Source: Candidatus Cloacimonadales bacterium (GTDB taxonomy: Bacteria; Cloacimonadota; Cloacimonadia; Cloacimonadales; JAFGVF01). From it: a stretch of 64,000 nucleotides of DNA. Each line of letters starts with the position of its first letter. Positions within the stretch are counted from its first letter, which is position 1. Positions 61,221-64,000 of this stretch are shown in pieces. The DNA is taken from assembly GCA_963663475.2 (NCBI GenBank), contig CAXXJV010000001.1:608001-672000 (forward strand). Direction: 5' to 3'. Under the pieces are notes generated by a model. The model did no database searches, was not told the DNA's origin, and saw only the letters and a list, made by a program, of their open reading frames with translations. The position numbers and the translations under genes were made by a program.

Positions 61221-61307
61221 GTCATAAGGTACATAGAAAAGAGAAAGTGGTGGTAACTCACTGTTTCTGAGGCTAATTATTTCTTTTCTTTCTTTCCAAC
61301 CCATCTT

Positions 61308-61642
61308 TACGCAGATGACAAGTAGTTACGGGATTGTCTCGAGGGATTCCAGCCCGCGGTTACGCTGAAGACAAGCGGTTACGGTGCCTATGGAGTGGAA
61401 GCATCCTTGCTTGCACACACATTATTCTGAGACAAGAGATGGTCTCAGTCCATAGTTTTTATAACTCGTGATTACGCAGAAGACAAGCGGTTACGGATTG
61501 GGTCGCGGGATTCCAGCCCGCGGTTACGCAGATAATAAAGTGGTAACGGTGCCTAAGGAGTGGAAGCATCCTTGCTTGCACACACATTATTCTGAGACCA
61601 GGGATGGTCTCAGTCCATAGTTTTTTTCTAGCCCGCGGTTGC
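61308..61642. repeat. Duplicated mosaic of REP-like hairpins (about 160-bp unit, two copies)
   Basis: gggattccagcccgcggttacg...ggagtggaagcatccttgcttgcacacacattattctgagac...ggtctcagtccatagttttt occurs twice, in opposite orientation to the 62266 array. Confidence 0.9.
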
Positions 61643-61813
61643 GAAGGTATCATGCTGTTACCAGGCTTGGCATCTACTATCAGATGGTGGACTGCTTGTC
61701 CGTCACATTATTTTTTGTTAGTTTTTTCCTATTATCCCACTATTTGGGATTATCTTCACTCATCTTTGTAGCAAGTCTATAATTTATCTCAAATCAACAG
61801 AAAAATCGCCTAT

Positions 61814-61894
61814 TCATCCATGTACCTTCCTTTACAGTCTTTCGATGAAACACGGACTTTCATCGAAAGACTGTAAAGGAAGGTACATGGATGA
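61814..61894. repeat. Long palindrome family A, copy 3
   Basis: 37-bp perfect arms (61814-61850 and 61858-61894), loop cacggac. Confidence 0.95.
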
Positions 61895-61993
61895 CAAGAG
61901 AAAACAACCAGCCATCAAAGAAATGAAAATTTAGAAAAACTAAAAAAAATGAGTCTTCACAAGAGCCAGAAGACCTTTAATAATAAAAATTCT

Positions 61994-62172
61994 GGATCTA
62001 GTTCAAGTCTGGTGGAAATAATATAGGAAAATTAGAATATTTCATTACTATATTGATTCATCAAAAATCCCTGAAAGGGATAAAATAATTTAGTCCAGGG
62101 TTAGATGCTGAAAGTATCGCAACCCTGGGTAATTATGTATCTAAAAAAGTTTAATCCTGTAATGGTTTGATA
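61994..62172. mobile_element. MITE family B, truncated copy (left end only)
   Basis: gttcaagtctggtggaaataatataggaaa...atccctgaaagggataaaataatttagtccaggg...caaccctgggtaat matches the copies at 39956 and 57103. Confidence 0.8.
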
Positions 62173-62265
62173 AACATTGACTCCTTTCATATTATCTCCT
62201 AGAATTTTCTATTTTTTATCTAGGAAAGTGTACCAGTTTAAACTGCCATCTTCACCATAAGCCCT

Positions 62266-62740
62266 GTAACCACTTGTCTTCTGCGTAAACGCGGGCTGGA
62301 ATCCCGCGACCCATTCCCGTAACCGCTTGGCATCTACGTAACCGCGGGCTGGAATCCCGCGACCCAAGCCCATAACCACTTTATTATCTGCATAACCGCG
62401 GGCTGGAATCCCGCGACCCAAGCCCATAACCACTTGTAATCTGCATAAACGCGGGCTAGAATCCCGCGACCCAAGCCCGTAACCACTTTATTATCTGCGT
62501 AAACGCGGGCTGGAATCACGCGACCCAATCCCATAACCACTTTATTATCTGCGTAAACGCGGGCTGGAATCCCGCGACCCATTCCCGTAACCGCTTGGCA
62601 TCTACGTAACCGAGGGCTAGAATCCCGCGACCCAATTCCATAACCACTTGTAATCTGGGTAAACGAGGGCTAGAATCCCACGACCCAAGCCCGTAACCAC
62701 TTTATTATCTGCGTAAACGAGGGCTGGAATCCCACGACCC
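62266..62740. repeat. Tandem array of nine 53/54-bp REP-like units
   Basis: Hairpin core g(c/a)gggct(g/a)gaatccc(g/a)c at 62291, 62344, 62398, 62451, 62505, 62559, 62612, 62665 and 62719. Confidence 0.95.
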
Positions 62741-62777
62741 GAAGACGGGCAGGTTTTTGGCAAGGTAGATTTTTCCA

Positions 62778-63270
62778 AAAACTCTGTGTAACTCCTCTTT
62801 ACCTCGGTGAAACTCTGTGTTAAGGATAATTCTCTTTCGTCAATCCGTGGATAGACTTCTCTTGTAGGCAGTATTATACTGCCTACTGCGAGCAAGGATG
62901 CTCGCGTTCCCAGTTAGTCCCGCGTTCCCAGTAGTAAGTCCCGCACACAGTTAGAATCTTCTTTCTCTCCATCTCACTATCACCCTGTCTCTCCATCTCA
63001 CTATCACCCTGTTTCTCCATCACCCCTGCTTTGAGCCGAAAGGCGAAAATCCTCTTATTCGTGAAATTCGTTTTAATTCGAGTTAATTCGTGTAAAGAAT
63101 CTTCCTTCTTAAAACTCTGTGAACTCTGTGGAAACCTCTGTGAACTCTGTGTTAAGGTTCTTAAAAAATCCGTGAAATCCGTGAAATCCGTGGATAGACT
63201 TCTTTTGTAGGCAGTATAATACTGCCTACTGCGGGCAAGGATGCCCGCCTTCCCAGTTAGTCCCGCGACC
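62778..63270. repeat. Mosaic of short-period repeats and a duplicated GTAG-REP module
   Basis: ctctgtg repeats, (aaatccgtg)x3, attcg repeats, a ctccatctcactatcaccctgt duplication; gtaggcagta-N3-tactgcctac at 62864 and 63207. Confidence 0.85.
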
Positions 63271-63459
63271 CAAATATGGGCAGAATATAGCTTGCTTTCA
63301 AGCAAATTCAAAAAAATAGTGAGTATATCTTGACATAGCTATTTTAGAGATTATTTTGGTTAAAAATGAAAAGTGAAACTTATCTTAGATAAATTATAGG
63401 TCATATAAAGGCAAAGTTCACTAAAATATTTGGACAAAAAAGAAAAAAGAAAAGGGATT

Positions 63460-64000
63460 ATGATAGCAGTATATATTGATGATAACAGTAATAGCAATTT
63501 AAACACTATGATCAACTACATAGTTGATTTTACCTTTGTTACTTTAGGTTATAGCCACAAGATCATATATTCTCTCAAGGGATTATCTGAGTTTGATGTC
63601 TTAATTTGGTATGATTCGAAGGGCATACAAAAGGAGCAAATTGTTAGTTTCGCTAAGAAAATACCAATTATTGTTGTTAGATATCATGAAAATCTCTATA
63701 TACCAAGTCAGTTAAAAGGCAATATTCTAGCATCAAAGATAAAAAAAATTAAGTTTTATAATGAAGTTATCCCAATAATACACAACAATCTCTTGACCAA
63801 TATAGTTGAAGAGGTTAAGCAAAGCGATATTGCCTTAACTATAATGAATTTTGATATCTTTGGTAACTTATATTATCATATTGCAGATTGTGAATTTAGG
63901 GCAAAAAAAGCTGATGATGGCATAATAGAACAGGGATCTATTTTCGATGAATTTTATCACCAGCCCATTGTAAATCATCTTTTAGCTTTTACTGAAAAGA
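63460..64000 (+). CDS. Partial ORF running off the window, possibly the N-terminus of a polysaccharide-deacetylase-associated protein
   Basis: ATG 63460 (MIAVYIDDNS...) is open to the end of the window; FDIFGNLYYHI...E...QPIVN resembles that family's motif. Confidence 0.6.
   Translation, partial: MIAVYIDDNSNSNLNTMINYIVDFTFVTLGYSHKIIYSLKGLSEFDVLIWYDSKGIQKEQIVSFAKKIPIIVVRYHENLYIPSQLKGNILASKIKKIKFYNEVIPIIHNNLLTNIVEEVKQSDIALTIMNFDIFGNLYYHIADCEFRAKKADDGIIEQGSIFDEFYHQPIVNHLLAFTEK

Noticed and set aside
62266-62740. CRISPR array
   Set aside because: The would-be spacers are near-identical recurring variants, the repeats themselves vary, and no cas genes are in the window.
61459-63311. Minus-strand ORFs 61459-61653, 62209-62433, 62334-62582, 62617-62895 and 62883-63311
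   Set aside because: Repeat-derived; the peptide periodicity simply mirrors the DNA repeats.

Overview
AT-rich bacterial chromosomal window. The gene content (gingipain, clostripain and M14 proteins with YPNPFNP-type C-terminal sorting domains, kdsB, a GT9 heptosyltransferase, rnhC) suggests a diderm anaerobe, most plausibly Ca. Cloacimonadota; this is inference. Most of the window is housekeeping (def/fmt/yajC, znuACB, efp, arcA, tyrS, glnA, mnmG/engB/queD). Five things are missed by the ORF track. (1) Two in-frame UGA selenoproteins, each with a SECIS-like hairpin: SelD (SG-U-GAKL, in a six-gene selenium operon) and a 621-aa secreted Omp28/thioredoxin-like protein with a W-U-G-Y-C-P motif, Ig/FN3-like modules and a T9SS-like C-terminal domain. 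(2) A candidate sigma-54-dependent small RNA of about 115 nt carrying an anti-Shine-Dalgarno motif, present twice: inside the 3' end of the gingipain gene and as a stand-alone copy about 1 kb downstream. (3) A cluster of co-oriented DnaA boxes at about 61.0-61.2 kb, a candidate oriC. (4) A small Cys-bearing basic protein after efp that may be a zinc-binding bL38/DUF4295 homologue. (5) Many non-autonomous repeats: MITEs with 8-bp target duplications, long perfect palindromes and REP-like hairpin arrays. I saw no transposase, CRISPR array, rRNA or tRNA. All calls come from reading the sequence; no database searches were run.
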